Below are positions 27,090-39,965 of a DNA stretch of 64,000 nucleotides, piece by piece; position 1 is the stretch's first letter, and each line of letters opens with the position of its first letter. The notes below the pieces were generated by a model, which worked only from the letters and a program-made list of their open reading frames with translations, was not told the DNA's origin and searched no databases. This DNA comes from Octopus vulgaris (lineage: Eukaryota), in the NCBI GenBank assembly GCA_951406725.2, contig OX597814.1, positions 156,426,001 through 156,490,000 on the forward strand, read 5' to 3'. A program made the position numbers and the translations under genes.

Positions 27090-28228
27090 ACTCACAGCTT
27101 ATTTTAGTGGGTGTGGTGGAAAGTGACACTTCAATGGCCATGCTTCAAGAACCCTGCGAAGAAATCTTCCAGTTTCAAACAAGGCTGATTTTTGTAGGTT
27201 TTCTACCTTCACACTAGCACGATCTTTTTCAGCAAAGTTGGTAGTTGAGTGCTGATACTTCCAAGTGCACCAATTACTATTGGTATCACGTCTACTCTCT
27301 TCATTGACCACAACCCTCGTATTTCCTACTTCAGATTGCCATAGTGGTTTATTTTTCCATCGTCTTTCACCCTGATCCTGTTGTCACCGGGGCATGCTAT
27401 GTCAATTATCATACCTTTTCTTTTTATTCACCACAACAATGCCCGGTTTCCAATGTCTGGTCGGGTGATCGCACAGGGTCATTGCATCCCACAGGATTTT
27501 GCAATTCTCATTTTCGGTGACTCCTTCTGGAGATTTCTCATACCATATCTTTGCTCTTTGTAGGTCAGGATTTCCACAGAGCTCCCAACGGATCATTCTT
27601 GCTACATTGTCATGGTGTCGTTTGTATTCGCATTGTACCAATTTCAGGCATTCGCTAACGATTTGTCAAACCGTTTCACCCTTCTCGCCACACATTCTGC
27701 ATTTATCGCTATCGGTATTCTGCACTTCATATAATTGGTCGTTAACGCTTGTTCCTGAGCTGCGCATTTGAGTGCTTCTGAGTTTTTCCTTAGATCACTC
27801 CTCCTCATCGGTAGCCACCGGTCCTCTGTATCTGTCATGGTGTTCACATCTTTTGCAAACTGACCGTTTTCTTTTCCTTCCATGCTTTTTTTTTCATTTC
27901 TTGTTTAAATTTTTCTTTCGTTACACAATTTTCAGTTTTGACGAGACCCGCCTTCTTCGTGTGTTTCAACAATAGCTCCATGGCATTTTTTATACAACAC
28001 CCTAAGCTGTTTTCCTCTGCTTCGATACAATACTGGCAACTGATCTAACCTCTCCTACCATTTCTTTTGGACAAGTACAGCCTATCGGTGTCACACTTAG
28101 GGTGGAAGGCTCCGTGCACTGTCAACATTTTTCTGGTCTTTGTCTTCACTTTCTTCATTTATCTCTTTTGCAATTTTATAATTCCCGCTCCATACCGAAG
28201 TGATGTTATCGCACACGTATGAACTGCT
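27090..28228 (-). mobile_element. 5'-truncated Dong/R4-like LINE (end of RT, zinc knuckle, RLE)
   Basis: LRYGAGII..KTRKMLTVHGAFHPKCDTDRLYLSK; SEALKCAAQEQAL; EYKRHHDNVARMIRWELC..WYEKSPEGVTENENCKILWD; LQKSALFETGRFLRRVLE. Flanked by (ATC/ATT)n tracts. Confidence 0.9.
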
Positions 28229-28243
28229 TTATTATTATTATCA

Positions 28244-28277
<34 letters not shown>

Positions 28278-28278
28278 G

Positions 28279-28316
<38 letters not shown>

Positions 28317-28327
28317 CATTATTATTA

Positions 28328-28785
28328 AGTGTGAGCAGTTCATGCCATCAAAGTGACACTGGGGTAAAATATACGAAGCCCAATATACCCATCATAACTA
28401 CCCGTCTGATAAGGGTACACCTGGCACATGCATCACAACCATATGTGCGCGACATGGTGATCTCATATCAAGGTAAACAGCGCATGACCTTGCAGGTTGG
28501 GCCCAGTTAGAATTTTCTTCAGGCCGAGTAGCCCATCCCGCTCAAAAGGTCTCTGAATAAGGGTTGTTTAAGGATGTTGAAAGAACCACCCATGTTTCCA
28601 GAGGTGAATTATTCAAACCCCAAAGAATCCCTCTCGACACATGGCTATGATGCTCCCCCACTACTTCTGCTCGTGATCAGAGATGCACATATCGTCAGCC
28701 ACTAAGGGACATGCTCAACTGGTTAAGGTCAAACAACTGACAAGCAAATCTTTGGTATTGAGCAGAATATTTGCTGTAGCCCATC

Positions 28786-28786
<1 letters not shown>
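28328..28786 (-). mobile_element. Non-coding interspersed repeat (probable LINE 3' UTR or non-autonomous retroelement) inside (TAA)n
   Basis: About 460 bp sharply bounded by (TTA)n on both sides; a partial diverged copy lies at 16447-16610. Strand is inferred from the TAA tail. Confidence 0.55.
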
Positions 28787-28862
<76 letters not shown>

Positions 28863-29129
28863 CATCATCATCATTAAAGCGCCAAGCTAGAGGAGTCTTT
28901 ACTTCATTAGACAAATATTTTGCGGTATATCTTCTGGTTCTTTATGTTTTGAGTTTATACGTCACTGGTGTCGACTTTGCCTTTCAACCATCGGAGTCGA
29001 TAAAATATGTAGCAGCCGAGCACCGGGGTCGATGTAATCGACTTCTACATCCCCTTAAAATCGCTGGCCTTGAGCTGAAATTTCAAGCCGTTATTGTTTT
29101 TTGTGATAAAGTAATTACGTGTTATTTTA

Positions 29130-29750
29130 GCTAGTAGAACTGTTATCTTGAGGTTTGATGACAAGAATCTTTCTTACGATTCTTGCAGAATACAGCTTGA
29201 CACTCTTCTGAAATTCGACAATGCATGTTTCAAGTGTACCAACTATCACAGAAACAATTGTAACCCTTGCCTATCTCCTGCTCTACATCTCTTTGTCTAG
29301 GTCCTGATATTTCTCAATTGTCTCGATTTCTTTGGTATCTCCTCCATCATTATATGATACAGCAAAGTCTATGATCTTACACTGTTCCTTTTTTTTTATT
29401 TCTGTCCTCTACAATGATATCTGGTATCCTTGCTTCAATAGAATGGTCAGCCTAAAAGAGAAATCTCATAAACTCCTCAAATTCTTACCCTCTGTTACAG
29501 CCTTTATCTCGTGTTCACACAGCTTTTCTATCTCTGAATCCACACACTCGACTAACATCCCAATGCATTCTTTTATTAACGCAGTCATGGTAGCACTTAT
29601 AATCTTTTTATGCTAGCTTATTACATTCACTTCCGAAATGATTAATACTTTTGTTTCCTTTCCCACAGATTCCGCATTTTCTCTGAAACATGGTTTTGTC
29701 AATCTATTTAAATCTTCGTGTAAAGTTTGATCAACATTCAGGTGATTCAT
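29130..29750 (-). mobile_element. Decayed Dong/R4-like LINE 3' fragment
   Basis: Minus-strand remnants of CGICGKE, YKCYHDC, PDIIV..CKIIDFAV and KEIETIEKYQDL. Confidence 0.65.
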
Positions 29751-30109
29751 TTTCACACTACTTTTGGCAAACTCATCGGTACGAGTGTTTTGTCTGTATC
29801 CTGGCCAGAAGGGTTAGTGCATTGATGAAAACTACAGGAGAAATCTAGTCTCCTTGGAATGTCTCCTAGCAGTATTTTACAAACCCTAAAGATTCATTTC
29901 CACATTTTACCTCTACTTCCTATGATCTCCCAAAAGGTATACAGCAATGACTGACTACCTTATCTTTTTGTGTAGACAGTGTATTTCAGGGTAAATCATT
30001 CATTGTAACACGGTTGGGTGTGGTTTGAGGAGAGTTCGGTTGCTATTTGTGGTAGGTCAGGCGAATATATTGAAGCTTCCCCTAGCTAGTTTTTATACTT
30101 GTATTCAAT

Positions 30110-31150
30110 CTTGGCTAGGACAGAACGTCCGGTGAACATATATTCTAATGTTTCGGTTAATAATATACAAGCTACGGTTATATTAATACACTTCATTCTT
30201 TAGAATATATTTAGTAATAATATATGTGAAGCAGTGGACCTGTTCTCTAATTGTTAACCATTCAGCTTCAATATCCGAGTTGATGCCGGTTAGCTATATG
30301 TGGGTGGTTTGCTTGTCACAGTTCATTTTCTCTCTTCTTAATGAGTAATTTCCACATCATACATTATTTTCCTATTTGAATATAATCACCTCTTGGTGCT
30401 TCCTTTATAACCCTTCTTTTATCTCTACTGCTATTTTCATCGATGTGTTGTTGGTTGTGCTTGTCTGATTCTGTTGATAGTTTCATTTCTTCTGGAACGC
30501 TGCTTTTGTATAAATGGATTTGATATTTTTGCTTTTATCGAGTTATAAAATTTGACGCATTTTCTCTCTGTATTCTATTCGAGGTTGAGAGTTTATTGCA
30601 ATAATGGCTGATTTGTAGCTGGTTTATATTTCTACCAGACTCTTACATTCCATAATTCTTTTTTATGTATAATCAACTGTACAATCACTGAACCTCACCT
30701 TTCTGGAGGTGCACTGTGTACATTGCAAGCAATCTCTTTGTTTTGTAGCTAGTATTTTTTAATATCATCTAGCTTCCAGTTGAAGACGTTAATGTTATAT
30801 GCTATTAATGGCATAGTTTTGGTGTTAATGTAATTTATTTTTTGCATTGAGCACACTTTTTCATCTATTTCATTCGGTTCTGTATTTTGCAAATATATTT
30901 TTTTTCACTCTGTACTGAATTTAGTCGCCTTCAAGACTGCTGATCATAATGAACTGTCCAAAAAATTCAGCTTAGGTTTAAGAGTTAAATATAGTCGTCA
31001 ATAGAAATTCGTGATGATCTACTTCAATGTCGATTTGCTACTTGTTACATTTTAGATGACATCGTCTATATCAAATTTCATGCCAGTACATCTGAATGCA
31101 AACGGAAATATGGCTATGTCTAGATGTTCGTGTTTTTCAGTGTCTGGGTT
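30110..31150 (-). mobile_element. Very old Dong/R4-like RT C-terminal remnant
   Basis: MKFDID (cf. MEFGLDK), LNAKNK..INTKTMPLIAYNINVFNWKLDDIK..TKRLLAMYTVH. Confidence 0.55.
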
Positions 31151-33107
31151 AATTGTTTTTAAAGTTCGAAGCACGGATGCAGCATTGTCAGAACTAAGGT
31201 ATATACTCTAAGACTCGAGAGGAAGAAAGTTACTTGATGGGCCCGAGTGGCAGAGGTGCCTCGTGAAAATAAAGCCAAGATTTGGTCGTCCACTGACCAA
31301 GAGGAACTCATTTCACACGATCTCAAGCAGATGTGTACATCTCTTCAGCAGCATTTCGATCAACCTTAAATGACAGAAGGAGAGCTGAAACACATGACGG
31401 CTGCCTCGACTCTTGGTAAGTGACGCAGTGTTGCGAATTATTTCTTGTTTGAATCATTTGTTTCTTTAATTGTGTTTTCTTACAGTTTGCGTGGTTTCAT
31501 GTAACTCCATCTTATAGTGTAATGTATCATCCTTCCCTATCCTCAATATTTTTGTAAACCCTTAGTGGTTAATAAATAAAATCATTATGATTATCATTCC
31601 GATAGTCGCTAATGCGCAGATGTGTTAGCGCTTTGAAAAAAATACTTACCAGCATTACTTTCAGTTCTATTGCCTATACTGCTGATCAACGTTAGGCAGC
31701 TACATACATGTATGATTGTTTCTTCAGCAACTCCACCCATTCGTCTCTTCCTTATATAATTTTCCTAGCTTTGGTCTTGTTGATCAGCAGTCAATAATAT
31801 TTTCAGCCTTACACTTTCAGCATCTTCTTGTCTTTTTTTTTTATTTTCTACTTCGTTTAATATTGTCGGATATTGGAAATGTAGGGAGTTTTTATTTTTA
31901 TTGTTTTAGGACGGAATTTTGGAGATTAATTTTCTGCTTAGATTTTAGTTTTTCCTTTTTTTTTAATCAAATCATGTCGTAGTTTCTTAATTCTCTTCAT
32001 AAGACTTCAGCCTCGATTTTATTTTTGCTGTGTTTCTAGAAGATAGAAAATAAGTTTTCTTTTGTTTTGTTCTATTTTCCAGATAGTCGTGTTACTTTCT
32101 AATTACTGATTACTAGATTTTTTTCAGTCCCATGGTAGATATTTTATAATGAAGTTTTACTTGCAGAAGGTCACTACTCTCTTGAATTACCTGTTTCAGT
32201 AATATATTATAAATAAAGTAATTATTTTTATTTTCCTGTCTAGTCTTACTAATTGATTTAGCGTTAAGTTGAAAATATTATAACGATAACTTGTAATAGA
32301 ACAGCTACACAGTTTGCATTGAAGTCTGTTTTACGAATTAACCTAATAATTCTATATTTTTTCTACTCTTTTCTTTTATGTTTGTCTGTTTTTCACTTTT
32401 TCTCTCTTTCTTTCTCTCTCCCTTTCTCCACTCGCTCCCTCTCTCTGTCTTGTTCATCATTCTGTCTGTGTAAACCAGTGTTTGGTCTAATTCTCTTATC
32501 TCTATTTCTTTATCTAACATATTAGTAGAGCTTATTAATTGCCCTCACTTCAAAGATACTTTAGCGCATTTTTCTCAAAACGAATTTCGTATCGATTTCT
32601 CTTGTGATTTCGTGTAGTGTCTACGATATTCACAGTGATTTATCATTTGTGTCCTACAACCTGATGACATCTATTTACAAAAGTTATTTTGGTGTTATCT
32701 CATAGTAATTATACCCTAGTTGAGCCTAGTTGGTTAAAGATGTTAACACTACGTGGAAGAAAAGTGGGCCTATGGAGTCCCTCCCCTTGAAACATTTCAC
32801 TTTTAATAGGAATAGGAATGTTTTATGTCTTTTGTTTGTTTGTTTTGTTTTTTGTAATCCGTCTCTTGTTTGTTTCAACAGAATTAAAAAAATTGTTTTT
32901 TTTTATTTCATATCCCTCCTCTTAGCGAATATTAGTAGAGCACATAGCTACGAGCACTTTCAACTCGCCATCTTGTAATCAATACATACCTCGCTCATTC
33001 TATAGTGTTTGTTATGGCATTCTAACTTAGTAATTAATGTTTGCAAATATGTGAGCCTTAGCAGCATTCCTTTCGTTCTTCATGACGTTTGTTTTTTTTT
33101 TTCCATA

Positions 33108-33478
33108 ATGCAAGCATGGTTGTGTGGTTACAAAGCTCGTTTTGCAACTATGTTGTTTCAAGTTCAGCCAAACTGCGTAGCATACTGGACAAATGCTTTC
33201 TACTATAGCCCTGGACTGGCTGATGCCTTGTGAGCAAATTTGATAAGCGGATACTGTGTGGAAACCCGTTATATATGTGCGAGTGATTGTGACTGTGCTT
33301 GTTTCACAGCTTGAGAACTAGTTTTGGTTTGTTTATGTACCTGTAACTTGTAGGTTGAGTTAAAGATTGTGAACGAATAAGTACCGTTTTTTAAGAAAAT
33401 AGGCACTATGATGGATTAGTTCGATTAAACTCCTTCTAGGTGATGCCGTAGCATGGTCACAATTCAATGACTAAAACC
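33108..33478 (+). mobile_element. SINE family A, old and diverged
   Basis: Colinear head, CTACTATAGCC core, GAATAAGTAC and AGCATGG..AATGACT tail. Confidence 0.75.
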
Positions 33479-34299
33479 TTTCACGGCCGCTATGTATTTT
33501 GCCTGGCGTGCTAACGACTCTACTAGCTCACCACTCTACCATTGTATGATTATGATAATCAGTAGCTCACTGCTTTTTATTTTAATTAACCTTTGGCTTT
33601 TTTATTTTAACTTTTGTTCTCTTATTGACAGAATTAAGAATAACTATTTTCACTTGCACGTGAAAGTGCTTCATTTTGTCGTCAATGTCCTTTCCTTTAA
33701 CATCCGTTGTTCCTACAAGGATAATTCCTGCTACTGGAACACTCTTCCGCATCCATACCACTTCTCTCTGCCTATCTTTCTATAACAAAATGCTTTATGC
33801 TATTTTTCATTGATATATTCCTTCCAACAAAATACAACTGATCTATTCGAAATGCACATGTTATTTGTATAAATGTTTGTGAATGTAGCCAGTATGATGA
33901 TTGCTCCTGAACATTTTGTCGGTGTGGACTGCCACGCCTCACTCTGTTGTTATTTAATCTTTATCGGTAAACTTCTCAGCATTACTTGTTGTCCACTTTA
34001 TGATATCTGAGAATTAACCAAAGACACACAGCTGCTGCCCAATTTATACTATACAAAGCAATGTGTGTAAGCTAGCGCTAGACTTCCTGTATATGGTTGC
34101 ACCAAACTATCTATACATTCGACTTCAACTGCTTGCATTCGTTTTTAACATATATATATATATATACGTATGTATTTGTGTGTGTGTGTGTGTGTGTGTG
34201 TAATCTAGATATGGAGAAATGCATCCTCCTCTGCAACTGACACTCCTTTCTGTGTATATTATTAATTTCATACTGGCCAAATACATGTTGGCACAGACA

Positions 34300-35400
34300 G
34301 TTTTGCAGTAAGATTAAATTTATCCTGTCTATTTCCCGATATATTTCTCAATTATTGGTTGTTGTTTCTTTCTTTTCTGTATCTTATTGTAGTTTTTTGC
34401 TGCAATTATTCCTATGTCCTTTGCATCTTGAATGCGTGGCGCTACTTCTAGATTGTTACCACTTTTGAAAATGGACATATAATCTCTTACACAAGCTATT
34501 TGCGTCTGTCTTTGTTTGCTTCCAATCTAGTTGTTTTGTTATTGGAGTCTACTTTTTTTCTTATGTTGGGTTAAGATCTATTTTTTCCCTTCCATTTCTC
34601 CATATTGCATCAAATGGACTGAGCTATTCTTGCATGGATATGTTGCATAAGTCCAAACTTTTCAAACGCTTTTCATACGCTATCTTGAAATGTATTCATT
34701 CTAACACTAGATTTGTTATTCTTCATTGAATTTTTTCTTTTCCGAACCATTTTACCCGTCACGCGCCGACCTCTACAGACATTGAGAACTGTTTTGTATC
34801 ATTTCTGTGTTACTTGTAGCAAAAGGTGGATAAATTATCTTTTCCATTCTTTAAGTGAATAACCTAGGTGCTATTGGATCTCAGACAAATACACATTCAT
34901 TAAACTATGCCTTTGCTTGAGATCTCCATTTCTATTACAGCAATATAAATTCTCGTGGTAGCAAACCAACAATTTTATTGGGATTGGTTATCATTGTTTA
35001 TTGATTTAACTAATCTGTCATATAAAATATGTAAACTTTTGTCCACAAGTTTCAAACCAAATCGATCTCGTGGGCATGCTAGTTTTCTTTCCTAATTAGT
35101 GATTGTTTTTTAATGTGTTCGCCTGTCAAATAGGAATTTTTTTTGTTCCTAGTTTATTTCCCAGTTGGGTTATCTGTTGTACTTCACATTTCATGATATT
35201 TACAGCAGAGTATTTTTTTTATTTCTTTTAATGTTGGAGATATGTTATAATTCTATGTTTTCTGATTTAGTTCCCTGTAGAACGTCTTTTTCTATTTGCA
35301 GTAAACTCTAATCAACGTCTCGTGTTTTAAATTATCACTAATTTCCAGTGCTTTGGACCCAATATCTACTTTTAAACGTTCTTACGTTTTTAAGCCATTT
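34300..35400 (-). mobile_element. Very old R4-like RT remnant, possibly the same element as 30110-31150
   Basis: TNLVLE*IHFKIAYE resembles the NLxxxWIDxKKAYD RT motif; the surrounding DNA is strongly T-skewed. Boundaries are approximate. Confidence 0.4.
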
Positions 35401-35409
35401 TGTAGGAGG

Positions 35410-35625
35410 AGGCGTTGTTGCTTAACCCTGGACCAGCTCTGACAGGCCAGACATTTTATCGAAAGCGTTTCGACCATGACGTCACATCCTTTTCCGGGTC
35501 ATCGCTTATCTAGGACTACATTATACATTATGTTCTTCCATTTAAAAAATAATTAAATGTGATTTATGGAAAACTTGGGTGCTATTTTTAGCAGATCATT
35601 CAACCATATACAAGCTCCGTTTCTG
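35410..35625 (+). repeat. Old interspersed repeat family; further copies near 2800-2960, 30000-30090, 42790-43010, 43140-43290, 46590-46660 and 62390-62580
   Basis: Recurrent motif TGTGATTTGAGxGAGATTTGGCTGCTATTT and its reverse complement AGCAGCCAAATCTCxCTCAAAT. Confidence 0.55.
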
Positions 35626-35714
35626 GCTCTGAAACAAGATTGCAAGAAAGGCTATACTGATTTTATATTTCTAATATTATTTATTAGCCGTTTCTAAGAT
35701 AACGAGACGCAGAA

Positions 35715-36160
35715 ATGTTAGATCGTTGGGAAAAATCCTTTGCGAAATTTCTTCTGTCTCATTACGTTCTGAGTCCAAATTCCGTAAAGGTCGACTTTAC
35801 CTTTCGGGTCGATAAAATAAGTACCAGTAAAGGTCTTTGTAATTGACTTATCCCTTCTCGACAAAACAAAAATGCTGGCCTTGTGCCACAATTTGAAAAA
35901 TTAGTATTTCCAACAGCGTTTTCTATTCTCCTTATTTAATATTTTCTTATTCTGAAGGTGGCGAGATGGCAGAATCGTTAGCACAACGGGCGAAATCCTG
36001 AGCAGTATTTCATCCGTCTTTACATTCTGAGTTCAAATTCAGCTGGGATCGCATTTCCCTTTCTTCCTTTCGGGGACCGGTTAAACAACACCAGCTACAC
36101 ACGGGGGTCGATGTAATCGACTTAACCCCGTACTTGCTATTCTTATGTCAAAATTTTAAA
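35715..36160 (+). mobile_element. Two tandem SINE family B copies (~35715-35900 and ~35955-36160)
   Basis: Each has TTCTGAGT.CAAATTC and the CCTTTCGGGG domain. Confidence 0.8.
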
Positions 36161-37139
36161 CTAATACTTTCTTATTCAGACTTTGATGTTTGCTTATTAT
36201 GTTAGCGGTTGCATATATGATTTATATAGGTTACATTTGTTTCCTTGCTTGAATTATTCATAATTTGTTATATAGCTTTATTTCTAGCTTTTGCGTTTTC
36301 TTCTGTTTTATTCATTTTAGTTCTATTTTGAGCATGAAATTCTTTCTTCCATCATAGTACAATTTACTTCTGCAGTGTTTTGTTAATTTCTTTTATTAGA
36401 TTTTCTAAACTATTCTTGGTGTTCTTAACATTTGTATTTATTTGAAGAAATGTTTCCTTTATATTGCATGCTGCTGTCTTGTTTGTAATTGCTTGCATCT
36501 GTGTATTTAGAGTGTTTGGTTTATTGTGAATTGTATATACTTCATAGGTGTTGTCTTGTTATTAGGAACATTTCTTGTTCTATTCCGGATATTTTCTGTG
36601 TCCTTTTCTTTTTTCTTTTTTTTTTTTAGAAATAGTACTTCAGCTTCTGGGAGTTCGTTATTCTTTTATGATAGTTTTCTAGCATTTGAAAACATGTATT
36701 AACAGGCCTTATATTACATTTTCATTGTTTCTAGGAAGTCTGTAGTTGTAATTTTCATCCCAATCCAAATCAAAATCTGTAGCCTAAGGAGTTTGTTGGT
36801 ACATATCAATGTTTGTTTCAAAGAACAAAAAACCTGAGGATGCCTCTCTCTTTCCCAGTTATAGTTGACCACCGTTTCTTTGTGAAACCCGTTGCCGCCA
36901 TTTGATGGATTTTCCCTTTTTTTTAATCCTGTAGAGTGCACACGCACTCTCCTCATTCTATAAACTAAATGGAGGTGATTTAGTCGCCTTCTTTGATATT
37001 GGTATCATGTATTGAGTTATGTAGTAGCAGTAGCAGGTAGGAAATATATTGAGTTCTGCAAATACCTAAGTTACATTTAATGGCTTAGAGCAGAAAGGGC
37101 ACCAAACATAGCCATTGAAACTAGTGAGAGGAATTAGGA

Positions 37140-39965
37140 AGTTATCCTAAGACCGGACATTGGTCAGGTGGTAGTATTCAGAGCAACTTATTAAGTATTC
37201 CATTGAAGAACATGATCAGTACCTCTACTGGATTTTCTCACACAGTTTCCGTCTACCAAATTTCACTTTTCAAAAATTTGATCCACTCGAGTTTCACAAC
37301 ATTTATTAAAAGAGTATAGCGCAACGGAATCGTACTCGAAACTACTTCGGTGCGAAGATAAAGGTGAAAAAAACTGCCGCGGAGGAGTGGTCCGGGGTTA
37401 GCACGGAGATCAGGCCAGAAAACGTAAAAGACCATATCCATCTCCAAAACGGGACGGTAATGCACATAATGACTGAAGGCAAAATGCCACATTGTTTCAT
37501 TTGTGGAGAAACAACCCATTTGCGAGATTTCTACCCTCAACTGATGAAAGATGCAAGGGAACGAAGGTTTCTACTGTTGCCTACATCGGGGCGAGGACCA
37601 TAACCCACACCAGCACCGGCAAAACCACCAGCAACAAAAAGTGAAACATCACCAAAGACATTGATCACCCTAAGGGGGAAACGAGGAAAGCTCTCCCACT
37701 CCTCTCCCCACACCCCCCAAAAAATACACACATGAATAAAACCATAAACATACAGACAGACACAGACACACTTACAACCACAGACTCCTCATCTTCCAGT
37801 AGTGAAGAGGAAGGAATACTAAAAGGCCCCCAAAAACAAAAAAGCAAACACAAAAAAACACCATAAATCATAACAACATCCTCAATAAAAATACGGACAC
37901 TACCCACGCAAACATGTCCCCAGTAACACCAACACCAACACAACCAAGATCATAACCATCACCAAAATCTCCCAAACTCTAACAACCTAAAAAGACACAA
38001 GAACAAACACTCACACAAGCATCTGAAAACTCAGACACCATACTCACAGCAAACACAGACACAAAAGAAACAGCACCAACAAAACCATCACCATCACAGC
38101 CAAACAAGCAAATAAAACCACACCAACGAAAATACTCAACTTCCCACTTATCAGAAGGAATAACAAGGAATTGAAGGCCATCGTAACACAAAGCACTGAA
38201 TTTGAAACAGTGGCGGTGATGTTTGAATCGAGCATATTTCTCGTACCAGAAGATTTGCTTCTGGTGCGAATGCCCCTCGATACCTACGTAAAAGTTCGAG
38301 AGAACTTTCCTCGAAAGTGAAACCCATATCGAGACTTTTAAAAGGGTTCCCCCACCACCACCACTAAAAAAAACATCAATTATGTAAGTCGAACCAAAAC
38401 ACCGGGGTGTAAGTAAACCTTTCGTCTCTCTTTTAGCTTGCCAGTGTGGCCATATTAAGAGTAGTAAATTTAAATGTTCGGGGCCTGGGGTCACCCTGGA
38501 AGCAGGAGCGTCTGCTCAACGACCTCAGGTTTTAAAATTGGACGTAATTGCTGCCAGCGATACCAGGATTTCCAGCACACGTGCACTAGCCCCCATTTTC
38601 GACGACTATAAGATCTTTGTATCTATTAATCGGCCGGGAATGAGGGTTGGAGTGGGAGTGCTGTTTAGGAAATACCTGGATCTCGAGGTAAGGTCGATCT
38701 TCCGGGAACCGGACAGTAAGCTGGTGGTTCTGGATGTGAGCAATAGCGAAGGTGATGTCTTTAGACTGGTGGCCGTCTATGCCCCTACCGGAGCCGAACG
38801 GCAATATTTCTTCAGACGTCTGGAAACTTTTCTGAGTAGGCCTCGCCCTTTACTGTTAGTGAAGGACTGGACGCCATCTTAGACGCATGCTGGGACTGTG
38901 TGGGAGTAGCTGATAGAAGCGGTGGGGTGCAAAAGCTTCACGCACCTGATCAACCAGTTCAAGCTGTCTGACAGGTATCTACAAGATTTCCCTAATGCGC
39001 CAGTGTGAACCTGAACCAACAACATCGGATCATCTAGATCGTATATAGGCAGGATTTTCACTAGAAAAATACACAGTAATTCTGTAGGATGTCCACTTCT
39101 TAAACGGTCACCTATTGAGATCATAATTTTGTCATCTGTACAGGTGACCTAGATAAGATGCGTAGGTTAGGACCCGGTTACTGAAAGCTAAACATGTCGT
39201 TTCCGGCACGCAAAGCGTACCTGGTCAACAATTTAATTAAGCAAAAGTTAACAGGGGGCGTCATCAGCAACACGTGTTGGTGAGCACTCAAAAGTGAGAT
39301 TAGAATAATATCCATAGGGTTTAGCAAAGAAGAAGCGTTAGAGAAAATAGAAACGTGGAGGAGCTAGTAGCTAAGTTAGATGAGGTTATTTGTAGTGGAA
39401 TTGCAACCAACGTCCTAACAGAGAGAATGGCATTAGATCATTTCTTGAATGTGAAACATGAAGGTTGCATTGTCAGAGCTAAGATGTGTGCTCTGAGAAA
39501 CGAAGGGAGCAAAGCTATTCGATGGGCCCGCATGACGGAGACGCAGCGTGGTACGAAACCACAATTCGGTTTTTGACGAACCGACACGGACACGAACTGA
39601 GCGATTCCAGGCGGATGTATGAAGCCTTTCGCCAGCACTTTGCTCAGTTGTTCCGTGGAAATGGAAGGTCAGAGATGGTACTGGATTCCAGTTTTACCTC
39701 GACGGCTTACCATGCCTCTCGACGGCTGACGCTGAGCCAAAATTAAGGATGCCTTTGTCGGTTGCACGAGGTGCAAGTCACCTGGTTTGGATAGTCGGCC
39801 CTACGCGCTTTGCGTAAATATGCCAGACTTTGTTATCCAATCTACAGCAACTGGCAGCAGAACGGGAATATTCCCAGTTCTGTGAGTCGGAGTCTAGTGA
39901 CGCTGATAAGGAAAGAGGAAAACAAGAGTGACACATTAGATAACTTCAAGCCCATAACTCTGCTT
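37140..39965 (+). mobile_element. L1/Tx1-like LINE: ORF1 remnant, APE endonuclease and start of RT, 3'-truncated
   Basis: ORF1 knuckle CFICGETTH; ORF2 NLNVRGLG, LDVIAASDTR, GVGVLFRK, FRLVAVYAP, GPGY*KLN, KSPGLD and LVTLIRK..DNFKPITLL. Multiple stops. Confidence 0.85.

Noticed and set aside
31200-31425. GC-richer patch ending in TG|GTAAGT as a plus-strand exon
   Set aside because: The peptide PRGTHFTRSQADVY..FRSTLND could equally be a decayed LINE endonuclease fragment; neither reading is well supported.
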